A stretch of 64,000 bases of DNA from an uncultured bacterium (GTDB lineage Bacteria > Patescibacteriota > Minisyncoccia > Phycocordibacterales > GWA1-40-21), in the NCBI GenBank assembly GCA_963840885.1, contig CAWJAN010000001.1, forward strand, positions 9,669-73,668, read 5' to 3'. Made by a program: the position numbers and the translations under genes. Under the pieces are notes generated by a model that searched no databases, was not told the origin of the DNA, and saw nothing but the letters and a program-made list of their open reading frames with translations. Shown here piece after piece: positions 40,961 to 49,552 of the stretch. Every line of letters begins with the position of its first letter. Within the stretch, counting starts at the first letter, position 1.

Positions 40961-41027
40961 AGTGCGGGCAAGCGGCCAGGGACATCACCCAATATAAAAA
41001 CAGCTTAAGAATACTTGAAAAACCTGG

Positions 41028-41417
41028 TTAATTCAAGCCGAAATCAATTAGTTTTGATTTGATATCCGCCAGCTCATTATATGCCGCTGCTTCCCCGCTC
41101 TCCATTTCGGAAATGGCATCATCTATCCTTTTTCTGACGTCATAAAATTTTTCTTTATAATCCAATTTGTTTTTATCGGTTTCCTCCAAATCCCTCATCT
41201 CGGTCAATTCTTTCAATTCATCTTTTGTAATATCAGCTTTATTCAACAGCTCCACAAGCTCATCTTTACTGTAGTTTATGCGGACACCCGGATGTATTCT
41301 TATCAATGCTTCCGTGACAGCTTTTGAGCCACCATAGGACATCAAATCTCCGGATGTTGTCCCTTCCTTTTTGTTTTCTTTGGTTTCCGCGCCTTTAAAC
41401 ATTTCAAATATTCCCAT
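41028..41417 (-). CDS. hypothetical protein
   Basis: 129 aa acidic, coiled-coil-prone ORF. Confidence 0.4.
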   Translation of the reverse strand: MGIFEMFKGAETKENKKEGTTSGDLMSYGGSKAVTEALIRIHPGVRINYSKDELVELLNKADITKDELKELTEMRDLEETDKNKLDYKEKFYDVRKRIDDAISEMESGEAAAYNELADIKSKLIDFGLN

Positions 41418-41545
41418 ATTGATTAAAAGTTAATTGTTAAGCTGATTGCTAACCTGATTATTATACCAGATTATACCAGCCAGGCGCCATCTTCTTAAGA
41501 TTTTATATTAAGTTTAGCAATCTTCCCTCACCATCTTTCCCATAG

Positions 41546-41567
41546 GACACATTCGTGCGAATGTGTC
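41546..41567. promoter_or_regulatory. perfect 22-bp palindrome in a divergent intergenic region (operator candidate)
   Basis: GACACATTCG-TG-CGAATGTGTC between the minus gene 41028..41417 and the plus gene 41720..42847. Confidence 0.4.
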
Positions 41568-41719
41568 ATATATTATCCAAATCTTATTTTTACATAATCT
41601 TGTTTTTTATATAATCTGCATAAGCTATGAGTTTGACAAAACCGGCGCTTATTGTAGCTTTAGAGCAGATTTTGTAAGGTAAAAAACCAATTTGAAAATT
41701 CAGATCGAAGGAGGTTTAA

Positions 41720-42847
41720 ATGAAACTTGTTCTAAGCGACGAGAAGCTAGGAAGCGCAGTTATACCGGTGCAGTGGTGCTTGACGCAGGAAGAAGTGGAA
41801 AGGATCAAGGGCGAAAAAAACGTTCATGTTCTTTTCGTTATTGTGAACAACAAAGTCGAAGTGAAGCATGAGCTCGTTCCGGTGATGCAGATGATGACAT
41901 ATCTTGAGTTCACTCGCCCCGGCAAAAACACGGTTTTCGCTATGCTTGTCTGGAACGAAAAGATGAAAGATCTCAAGAGGTCATATCTTGCGAGGCAAAG
42001 CAATTCAAGATACGAATTCGAATATTATAGCCCAGGAAAGGATGAAATTAAGCTGTGGTATTTAGCTCACGGCTTTGACGACAGCCTTACCAGGGCCGCA
42101 GTGGACGTTTCCGCGGAATTTTTTGCCAAGGATCCATCGGAGCTTGAAAAATGGTGGGTAAATCTTTGGTACGAAACGAAATCGTACGACCAGTGCCAGT
42201 TCCGCAAGCGCCGGATGATTGCATACACGATACAGCCGCCGGCTGTCATCTTGTGGCTCATCTTCACGACGTTCTTGCGCCTTATACTTGCTTTAATCTG
42301 GACATTCATCCTGACTAAAGCCAGAGTTAGGTATGAAGCGATTATCCATCCGTTCAAAAATGATATCGGCGATGTCTACGGGCTCGCCGAGAACAGCAGG
42401 AACTTCTATACGGAAGATAAAAACGGCAAGAAGAAGCCTGCATTCTGGCTTCTGTTCCATCCCGTTCCGATTTTCTTCGGATGGCTTGTCATCTTCCTTA
42501 TGAATATATTCCTTTTGGAGCATTCATTCCTCTGGTGGATGTGCGTCCTAGGAAGCCCTGTTCTTGTTTTCAGTATTGCCGCTGTGGCGCTTCTCGTCTA
42601 TCAGATTTTCATCAAAAGCGGAGAGGGTATCAAAACCCAATTCCAAAATTTTGAGAAAAACTGGAGGATGACGAGGAAGGAACAGCAAGAATTCATGTTG
42701 GAAAGGAATGCCAAAGAGCTCCAGCTGCTTGCATGCAAGAAATTGCCTGTCGCAGCCAGGCTCGAGGCCTTGCCGAGAGAGCGCCAGACGTTTTACCTCA
42801 GGTTCCTCGATTTGAAAGCGAAGGTTTGCAAGCCTTTTGCAAGATAA
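41720..42847 (+). CDS. hypothetical polytopic membrane protein
   Basis: 375 aa; soluble N-terminal region then TM helices; AGGAGG ribosome-binding site upstream. Confidence 0.5.
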   Translation: MKLVLSDEKLGSAVIPVQWCLTQEEVERIKGEKNVHVLFVIVNNKVEVKHELVPVMQMMTYLEFTRPGKNTVFAMLVWNEKMKDLKRSYLARQSNSRYEFEYYSPGKDEIKLWYLAHGFDDSLTRAAVDVSAEFFAKDPSELEKWWVNLWYETKSYDQCQFRKRRMIAYTIQPPAVILWLIFTTFLRLILALIWTFILTKARVRYEAIIHPFKNDIGDVYGLAENSRNFYTEDKNGKKKPAFWLLFHPVPIFFGWLVIFLMNIFLLEHSFLWWMCVLGSPVLVFSIAAVALLVYQIFIKSGEGIKTQFQNFEKNWRMTRKEQQEFMLERNAKELQLLACKKLPVAARLEALPRERQTFYLRFLDLKAKVCKPFAR

Positions 42848-42913
42848 AAGGTTTTTATACAAGGTCCCGCACAGTGTGGGACCTTTTTTATTTGTTATAA
42901 TATTCACCATATC

Positions 42914-43810
42914 ATGCTTGAAATTCCGAATTTAAAAGAGAATATTCTCCTTGCGCCTTATACGACATACAAGATCGGTGGGCCGGCGGATTATTTTGTC
43001 ATTGTGAAAAACAAAGAAGACTTGGCTAATGCGATAACAGAAGCCAGAAAAAACAAAATCCCCTTCTTTTTCCTAGGCACAGGGGCAAATATACTTGTCG
43101 GCGACAAAGGCATACGCGGGCTTGTCATAAAAAATGAGTCAGAAGATATAAAAATAGATAATGATGCCGTGATTGCCGGAAGCGGAGCGACAATAGCTGA
43201 AATCATAAAAAAAACTTCCGATGCCGGTCTTTCCGGCTTCGAGCATTTTGCCGGAATACCGAGCACTGTCGGTGGCGCGCTTTGGCAGAACCTGCATTTT
43301 CTTTCTCCGGACAGAACGAAGACGATTTATATCGATTCAATATTCGAATCCGCCGAGCTTTTGGACGAATCAAATAAAATAATTACAGGCGATAAGGATT
43401 TTTTTGAATTCGGCTATGATACGAGTATCCTTCATAAAAGAAATCTTATCGTGCTTGAAGCGAAATTCCGCCTTGAGAAAAAAGATGCGGCGATTATAAA
43501 AAATCAGGCGGAAGAAAACCTTAAGTGGAGAGAAGAAAGGCAGCCTGCGATAGAAAAATTCCCTTCCTGCGGCTCTGTTTTCAAAAAGATAGAAGGCGTT
43601 GGCGCCGGGCGGCTCATTGAAAAGGCTGGGCTTAAAGGATATAAAATCGGTGGAGCGCAAGTTTCGGAAAAGCACGCAAACTTTATAGTGAATATCGGCA
43701 ATGCAAAAGCCGCTGATGTTTTGGCGATAATAAAACTCATTCAAGAAAAAGTCCTTGAAGAAAGCGGCTATAAACTTGAAACTGAAATAAAGCTCGTTGG
43801 AGAATTTTAG
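42914..43810 (+). CDS. murB: UDP-N-acetylenolpyruvoylglucosamine reductase
   Basis: LAPYTTYKIGGPADYFV FAD-binding N-terminus; GSVFKK C-terminal motif. Confidence 0.85.
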   Translation: MLEIPNLKENILLAPYTTYKIGGPADYFVIVKNKEDLANAITEARKNKIPFFFLGTGANILVGDKGIRGLVIKNESEDIKIDNDAVIAGSGATIAEIIKKTSDAGLSGFEHFAGIPSTVGGALWQNLHFLSPDRTKTIYIDSIFESAELLDESNKIITGDKDFFEFGYDTSILHKRNLIVLEAKFRLEKKDAAIIKNQAEENLKWREERQPAIEKFPSCGSVFKKIEGVGAGRLIEKAGLKGYKIGGAQVSEKHANFIVNIGNAKAADVLAIIKLIQEKVLEESGYKLETEIKLVGEF

Positions 43811-44844
43811 ACGCTTATTATCAGTTTTGAAAGCACCAGCTCTAGCGGCAGCTCAGGAATATAGGCGTTTTTCGCCATATCGTAATACGAGAGCACAGTG
43901 AGCAGTGTTTCTGAATTTATCTTGGAATCTTTTTTAACAGACAATGATTTGAGGAAAGAAAAATCGGTATCGGTAAACTCATCGGCAAGCGTTTCTGCTG
44001 AGCTTTTGAGATTCCTCAGGAGCAATACGGCGCGCATCTTATGAAGAATCATTTTATAATATAAAAGCATGTCTATATCGGCTTCCGCAGATTTTTTCAC
44101 CGCATCGAGACCGAGCTCTATATTGCTTTCATCAATCGCTCTTATATAGTCGTTTACAAGCTCTGATTTTGGCGCGCCTGTCACAAGCTCCACTTCCCTA
44201 GCAGAGATTTTATCGTCTTTTGAAGCGCTCATGACTTTCTGTAAAATGCTTTGCGCGTCGCGGAAAGAACCTTCGGAAATCATGGCTATGAGATCGGCGC
44301 TTGAAGCTTCGAGGGTGAATTTTTCCTTTTTGGCTATCGCCATTATAACTTCTTTCAGCACTTTATGGCTAGGTTTCCTGAATGAAAAAGTCTGGCAGCG
44401 CGAGATGATGGTCTCGGGAATTTTTTCCAGCTCAGTCGTAGCCAGGATAAAAATGACATGCTTCGGCGGCTCTTCGAGAGTTTTCAAAAGAGCATTCCAG
44501 GCGCCTTTCGAAAGCATATGGGCTTCATCGAGGATATAAACCTTGTATTTTGATTCGAAAGGAAGAGAGCTTACGGACTCGTTGAGTTCGCGGATATTAT
44601 CAACACCGGTATTCGAAGCCGCATCGATTTCGGTGATATCATTTTGCGTCGTGCCGATTTCTTTTGCGAAAATCCTGGCGACGCTTGTCTTCCCTGTTCC
44701 GCGCGAGCCTGAAAATATATAAGCATGGGCTATATTGCTAAGCTTGATGGATGATTCAAGGACTTTGACTATCTGCTCCTGGCCGAAAACTTCTTTGAAA
44801 TTTTTCGGGCGGTATTTCCTGTATAAAGCTGTTTCTTCTGGCAT
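43807..44844 (-). CDS. dnaX: DNA polymerase III subunit gamma/tau, short form (AAA+ clamp loader)
   Basis: LYRKYRPKNFKEVFGQEQIV..FSGSRGTGKTSVARIFAKEI. Confidence 0.85.
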   Translation of the reverse strand: MPEETALYRKYRPKNFKEVFGQEQIVKVLESSIKLSNIAHAYIFSGSRGTGKTSVARIFAKEIGTTQNDITEIDAASNTGVDNIRELNESVSSLPFESKYKVYILDEAHMLSKGAWNALLKTLEEPPKHVIFILATTELEKIPETIISRCQTFSFRKPSHKVLKEVIMAIAKKEKFTLEASSADLIAMISEGSFRDAQSILQKVMSASKDDKISAREVELVTGAPKSELVNDYIRAIDESNIELGLDAVKKSAEADIDMLLYYKMILHKMRAVLLLRNLKSSAETLADEFTDTDFSFLKSLSVKKDSKINSETLLTVLSYYDMAKNAYIPELPLELVLSKLIISV

Positions 44845-44867
44845 ACAAAAGATTATACCAGAAATTT

Positions 44868-44907
44868 TTTAAAAAAATAAAAACCCATTCCTTTCCGGAA
44901 TGGGTTT
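44868..44907 (-). terminator. rho-independent terminator (minus strand) 24 nt upstream of the dnaX start
   Basis: Minus strand reads AAACCCATTCCGGAAAGGAATGGGTTT then TTTATTTTTTT. Confidence 0.6.
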
Positions 44908-45205
44908 GTTGGAGCACCGGCCGAAAGTCCTCGATCGGGCGGAGAGACCGCCTTATCAGGTGAACAATAGCCGGTATAAACCGAGCGGTGTTTTGGGTAC
45001 CGTTGTCGGTTCATTGAATTCTGAAGAAAGAACTGCTTGCTTTTTAATATTAGCGATTTTTATCTTTTTTGTCAAAAGAAAAACCGGCCGAGTGCTGAGA
45101 GGTTTGGAATTTACCCAAACAAGCTCAATGAGCACTGGCCGGTTATAATCCGATTGCCGCACGCCGCAGTGGGCACGGATCTGGATATCAAAGAAGAACT
45201 TAAGC
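44908..45205 (-). ncRNA. candidate structured ncRNA of unknown class between a minus-strand promoter and the terminator preceding dnaX
   Basis: No ORF over 80 aa in roughly 1 kb. Promoter-like TTGACT-17-TAGTAT at 45241-45213. Long imperfect hairpin CCGGCCAGTGCTCATTGAGCTTGTTTGGG..CCCAAACCTCTCAGCACTCGGCCGG. Terminator at 44868-44907. Confidence 0.3.
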
Positions 45206-45212
45206 TTTTAAT

Positions 45213-45241
45213 ATACTATCACATGACTATTAATTAGTCAA
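45213..45241 (-). promoter_or_regulatory. sigma70-like promoter on the minus strand
   Basis: -35 TTGACT, 17-bp spacer, -10 TAGTAT. Confidence 0.35.
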
Positions 45242-45245
45242 TATA

Positions 45246-45277
45246 TGTAAATCTGGATAAAAAAAGCCCCTCATCCA
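45246..45277 (-). terminator. rho-independent terminator (minus strand)
   Basis: Minus strand reads GCCCCCATCCATGTGGATGAGGGGC followed by TTTTTTT. Confidence 0.55.
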
Positions 45278-45946
45278 CATGGATGGGGGCTTGCCGTCTC
45301 GCATCACTGGGGTGCGATGGCATTTATGCACGCCTGACTTAAGCACGCTGAGCATTGTCCCTTAGCGGGGGCTCTGGTTTTGCAGCTCTAGGCCGCTAGT
45401 GCAAGTCTGACGTACAGGTATGACGAAGTGATTGTATTTTTCCTAGCCCGATGGCCTCGAAACTATCTGAGCGTTCTTCCCTTTCAGAAAGATCTCTTTC
45501 GGGTGGCTGAGCCTGTTATGACTCCTTTTCTTGGTCTTTTGGATTGAACTTCTTTGTTTTTATCTGAAGTTTTTTCTTCTTCGTTGTCGTGTTCCAAAGG
45601 AATTTTGTTTTTCCCTTTCGTTAAATTATTCCTTTGGAAGAGCGTTAAACGGTAGGACCTCTGATATTCAAGGAATCAATCCTTTCTTTTTATCAGGTGC
45701 GACCCGGAGATTTTGTATTTGCCAAATCAATGGCAATCTCTGGCCGCTCGGCCGCGGATGATCACGTCGTCATGGTGTGAAAGAACATCTGATTCGGAGC
45801 CCTTATCATGAGCGATCCTCCTCAATAAAATTCAGGCAACTTCGCCTGTTCTAGAAGTCTATCATACTATTAATTTTTGTCAAGTCATTATGATATGCAA
45901 CAAAAAAGCCGTTTCTTGCAGGAAACGGCGCATGGTCTGGCAATAT

Positions 45947-46330
45947 TTATTTAATTGTAGCGGTGCAGGTAACAGTGCCCTTGCCGCTTTCGCTCGCCAA
46001 TGAAGAATTGTCATCTTCTGAAAAATCAATTCTTACGGTTGTGAAGGCATTCACACCGCTCATATAGGAGATCGTTAAAGAAACGATGTCTCCCGGAGCA
46101 AGATACTGGTTACTCAGAGAAATCGGCAGAATTCCCTGATTAAGCTGGCTGCCGTTTCCGGATATGTCGATATGCTGGCCGTTACGTCTGTACGAGATCG
46201 TCACGGCAGCACCATCTGAACCAGAAACAGCCCATCCGAATGCGGGATACGGCTTTGTCGGGCTCGAACACGAACCTAGCAATGCCATTGAAACAAGAGA
46301 CAAGCAAACCGCAAACAGAAATTTTTTCAT
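45947..46330 (-). CDS. lipoprotein of unknown function
   Basis: Lipobox signal peptide MKKFLFAVCLSLVSMALLGSCSS. Confidence 0.5.
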   Translation of the reverse strand: MKKFLFAVCLSLVSMALLGSCSSPTKPYPAFGWAVSGSDGAAVTISYRRNGQHIDISGNGSQLNQGILPISLSNQYLAPGDIVSLTISYMSGVNAFTTVRIDFSEDDNSSLASESGKGTVTCTATIK

Positions 46331-46458
46331 ATAAAGCCTCCTTCAACTTCCTCTGCAAAATGCACCGGTTTTCTTGTCAAGGAAACCAATGCCACATCTA
46401 AAAATATTTTACTGCGTCAAATTATATTGTCAATGACATTCTATGCCGGCGGAATATC

Positions 46459-47445
46459 TTATTTAACAGAGTCTTTTAGGAGCTTTATCGCTTCTTTTAC
46501 CGTTTGCGTTTCCATCATCTTTATCCTGAGTTCTTTTGCGCCTTCAAACTCCCCCACATATGCTTTGAAATGCTTTTTCATGACGGCAAAATTCCTGTGC
46601 CCTTCCATATATTTTTCAAAAAGTTTCAGATGCTCTATAAGCGCTTTGAGCTTTTCTTCCCTTGCCGGCGGAGATTTTTTCTTTGAATCGAAAAACCAAG
46701 GATTGCCGAAGATGCCGCGGCCAATCATTATTCCGTCAAAGCCGCTCTCCCGCGCTTTTTCCCTGCCATCTTCCAGATTTTGTATATCTCCGTTTGCGAT
46801 AAGAACCACGTCTTTATTGAACTCCCGACAGACTTTAACTATATCTTTTGCGAGTTCCCAATGAGCCGGCACCACGGACATTTCCTTCCTCGTCCTCAAA
46901 TGTATGGAAAGAGCCGAAATGCCTTCCTTGAGAAGTTCCGGAAGCCATTTGTCGTATTCTATCTTATGAAAGCCTATTCTTGTTTTTACTGATATAGGAA
47001 GATTTGGCGCGCCTTCTTTCGCGGCTCGGATAATTTCCCTGGCCAACTTAGGATTTGTTATGAGCTTAACTCCGGCATTCTGCTTTATTACCGTCCTGTC
47101 AGGGCATCCCATATTTATATCTATCCCGTCAAAGCCGAGATTGGATATGTATTTGCAGGCGATTTTTATATTTTCAGGAGTCGAGCTGAATATCTGGGCG
47201 ATAATCGGCTTTTCCTTTTTTGAAAACTCAAGCATGAACGAAAGCCTCTTTCTTCCTTCTTTGGAAGCAAGACCGTCGGCAGAAATGAATTCAGTCCAAA
47301 AGACATCGGGCCCGCCTCCAGGTTTTCCATGCCTCGAATATTTGGCGATATTCTGCCTGAAAGCTGTATCGGTGACATCTGCCATCGGAGCCAAGCAGAA
47401 AAACGGCTTCTTTTCGTCTTTGATTTTTTGCCAGAAATTTTTCAC
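46459..47445 (-). CDS. dus: tRNA-dihydrouridine synthase
   Basis: FCLAPMADVTDTAFR..GFDGIDINMGCPDRTVIKQNAG..SVKTRIG. Confidence 0.8.
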   Translation of the reverse strand: MKNFWQKIKDEKKPFFCLAPMADVTDTAFRQNIAKYSRHGKPGGGPDVFWTEFISADGLASKEGRKRLSFMLEFSKKEKPIIAQIFSSTPENIKIACKYISNLGFDGIDINMGCPDRTVIKQNAGVKLITNPKLAREIIRAAKEGAPNLPISVKTRIGFHKIEYDKWLPELLKEGISALSIHLRTRKEMSVVPAHWELAKDIVKVCREFNKDVVLIANGDIQNLEDGREKARESGFDGIMIGRGIFGNPWFFDSKKKSPPAREEKLKALIEHLKLFEKYMEGHRNFAVMKKHFKAYVGEFEGAKELRIKMMETQTVKEAIKLLKDSVK

Positions 47446-47533
47446 CTAAGAAATATAGCATTTTAAGCGTATTTGACAAATTTAATACCACCAGCTAAAA
47501 TATTTCAGGATTTTCCAACTCAGGAGGCTTCAA

Positions 47534-47728
47534 ATGGCACACGAAATCGAAGAGCTGAAAACTATTGTAATAAAGAAGACCTCAGAGATGAGCTATGAGG
47601 CTTATCTCCGGACCGACACTGAAAAGAAGGATATTGCTATCGGCAGGTCGTCTGCCGAGGCGCTGGGCAAGTATATCCAGACGTATCATGATAAGTTCAA
47701 GCTCATCGGCATATTTGAAACAAGCTAA
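47534..47728 (+). CDS. small hypothetical protein
   Basis: 64 aa, ribosome-binding site AGGAGG upstream. Confidence 0.4.
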   Translation: MAHEIEELKTIVIKKTSEMSYEAYLRTDTEKKDIAIGRSSAEALGKYIQTYHDKFKLIGIFETS

Positions 47729-47813
47729 GGCCGATCATTTTTCACAAAAGCCGCTTCGCAAAAGGCGGCTTTTTTTATTTTATTTTAAATGCTATTGTTT
47801 TTACTAATAAATA

Positions 47814-48371
47814 ATGACGAACAAAAAGATAAAAGAATCCCCCGTGCCAATAGTCCAAAAGGACAATAAAGTTTTGAGGCAGGTTTCCGCTGAAATCCCG
47901 AAAGACAAGATAAAAAGCGCAGAAATCAAAAAAATAATTTCCGATATGGAGGCCGCCATGGATTCCCAGGTGGATGCTGTAGCCATAGCGGCCATACAGA
48001 TAGGCCGACCAGTCCGCCTTTTTATCATTTCAAAAAGGGCTTTCAATCTTACCGGCAAGGCAAAAGACAAAGATGATATGGTTTTTATAAACCCTAAAAT
48101 AATCAAGCAATCCAAAAAGAAGCAGCTTCTCGAAGAAGGATGCCTTTCCGTCCGATATGTTTATGGCGAAGTTCCGCGCGCTGAAAAAACAACAATAGAG
48201 GCGTTTGACGAAAGCGGCAAGAAATTCACCCGCGGCTTTTCCGGCCTCTTATCTCAGATAGTCCAGCACGAGACAGACCACCTAAACGGCGGGCTTTTCA
48301 CCGATAAAGCGAAGCACACCATTGAAATTTCCAGGGATGAATATGAAAAAAGCATTTCGGAAACAAAGTAG
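47814..48371 (+). CDS. def: peptide deformylase (copy 2)
   Basis: Motifs IGRPVRLFII (G-x-G-hAAxQ region), EEGCLSV, HETDHLNG. Confidence 0.8.
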   Translation: MTNKKIKESPVPIVQKDNKVLRQVSAEIPKDKIKSAEIKKIISDMEAAMDSQVDAVAIAAIQIGRPVRLFIISKRAFNLTGKAKDKDDMVFINPKIIKQSKKKQLLEEGCLSVRYVYGEVPRAEKTTIEAFDESGKKFTRGFSGLLSQIVQHETDHLNGGLFTDKAKHTIEISRDEYEKSISETK

Positions 48372-48428
48372 ACAAAACCAGTATTTTCTTGTAATGTAAA
48401 TATCGGTTAAAAAACAAGGAGGCCGGAT

Positions 48429-48656
48429 ATGAAAATTGAATTCGACCTCGCCATTCAGATATGGGGTCCTTTCGAAAAAACATCGATGAAATTCTCCGAA
48501 TTGGAATTTCCTGAGGCGATATGTTATTTATCGGTCCAGGAATTGCCGTCGCAGGAAAAAAAAGTTATATTTGATATCCAGAAGCATGAGGGAGAAAAAT
48601 CCCTAAGCGAGCTCGCCAAGATTGTGTCTGATAAAGGCATAAGCTTGGTGGCCTGA
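48429..48656 (+). CDS. small hypothetical protein
   Basis: 75 aa with ribosome-binding site. Confidence 0.35.
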   Translation: MKIEFDLAIQIWGPFEKTSMKFSELEFPEAICYLSVQELPSQEKKVIFDIQKHEGEKSLSELAKIVSDKGISLVA

Positions 48657-48779
48657 TGATTAAGGATATCCTAGTAATCCCCGCCTAAGATTTGCGCGGG
48701 GATTTTTTATTTGACAAACCGGTGATTTAACAATAATCTTCATAAAAGAAGTCTAAGTCTTGAAAAAAGGAGGCTAAAG

Positions 48780-49118
48780 ATGATAACGAGAACGAATCGT
48801 GTGGCTATAGCGATCGAGATCCTTAAAAAAGATCTTGAGAAGCAGGTCAAATCAGGCGGTCCGGAATACCTGCGGGTGAGAGAATGGAGCAGAAGCAAAG
48901 ATTGGGTGAAGATATTTTCCAATCAAAAAAAATTCCAGTTTAAACCGGAAAATGTCATTGTTTCCCTGGAACGCGCGATTCCGGCTTCAATCCTCTCATC
49001 CTTGAAAAGAAACAGGGCTCTCAATGCGCAAAACGGAATCACCCTGACACACAGTGATTTTGTCAGGCTGGAAACCGTTTCGAAAATGAAGAGCGCCAAG
49101 GAGGCTAAGGTTGGTTGA
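48780..49118 (+). CDS. hypothetical protein
   Basis: 112 aa, ribosome-binding site AGGAGG. Confidence 0.4.
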   Translation: MITRTNRVAIAIEILKKDLEKQVKSGGPEYLRVREWSRSKDWVKIFSNQKKFQFKPENVIVSLERAIPASILSSLKRNRALNAQNGITLTHSDFVRLETVSKMKSAKEAKVG

Positions 49119-49497
49119 AATCACCGTAGTCGGCTATAAGAAATCGTTCAGCAAGATGTTTGAAGCGGCGTTTGCCGAGATGAATCGGAATGCCGTTTCG
49201 GGCAAAAAGCTTGATCTGGAAATACATTTTTACAGCCACCCGATAAATAACCAGGAACTCAGCAATGGCCGCAATAAATATTTCCTTATTTCAAGTGTAT
49301 CGCTAACGGATTTCATAAAAATTTTCAGGCTTTTCGGCGAATTTTCGCGGATGTCCGATTGGGAATTTTTTCTGAACTGTCCGGAAGCGAGATATTCTGC
49401 CGAAGTCCGGTATGCGGAAGAGAAATACTCCGGAAAATCGGTAATTTTCCAGAATCTCAGCATAAGCAGCAAAGCTAAGAATAGTAGCGCCGAATGA
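49111..49497 (+). CDS. hypothetical protein
   Basis: 128 aa; start overlaps the upstream ORF stop. Confidence 0.4.
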   Translation: MVEITVVGYKKSFSKMFEAAFAEMNRNAVSGKKLDLEIHFYSHPINNQELSNGRNKYFLISSVSLTDFIKIFRLFGEFSRMSDWEFFLNCPEARYSAEVRYAEEKYSGKSVIFQNLSISSKAKNSSAE

Positions 49498-49552
49498 AAA
49501 ATTAATAATTCGGCGCTATTTTTATTTGTGAAAATATAATATAATTTTTTTA

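Noticed and set aside
30380-40990. Tyrosine or serine recombinase inside the island
   Set aside because: None of the island ORFs shows an R..HxxR..Y catalytic layout or a resolvase/invertase N-terminal domain. The 167-aa and 380-aa proteins were considered and dismissed.
44908-45205. Naming the ncRNA candidate as SRP RNA or RNase P RNA
   Set aside because: Position next to dnaX favours SRP RNA. Fragments like GAAAGTCC and GGTATAAACCGAGCGG loosely resemble RNase P elements. Neither the SRP domain IV GGAA/AGCAG motifs nor the RNase P P4 pairing could be found convincingly by eye.
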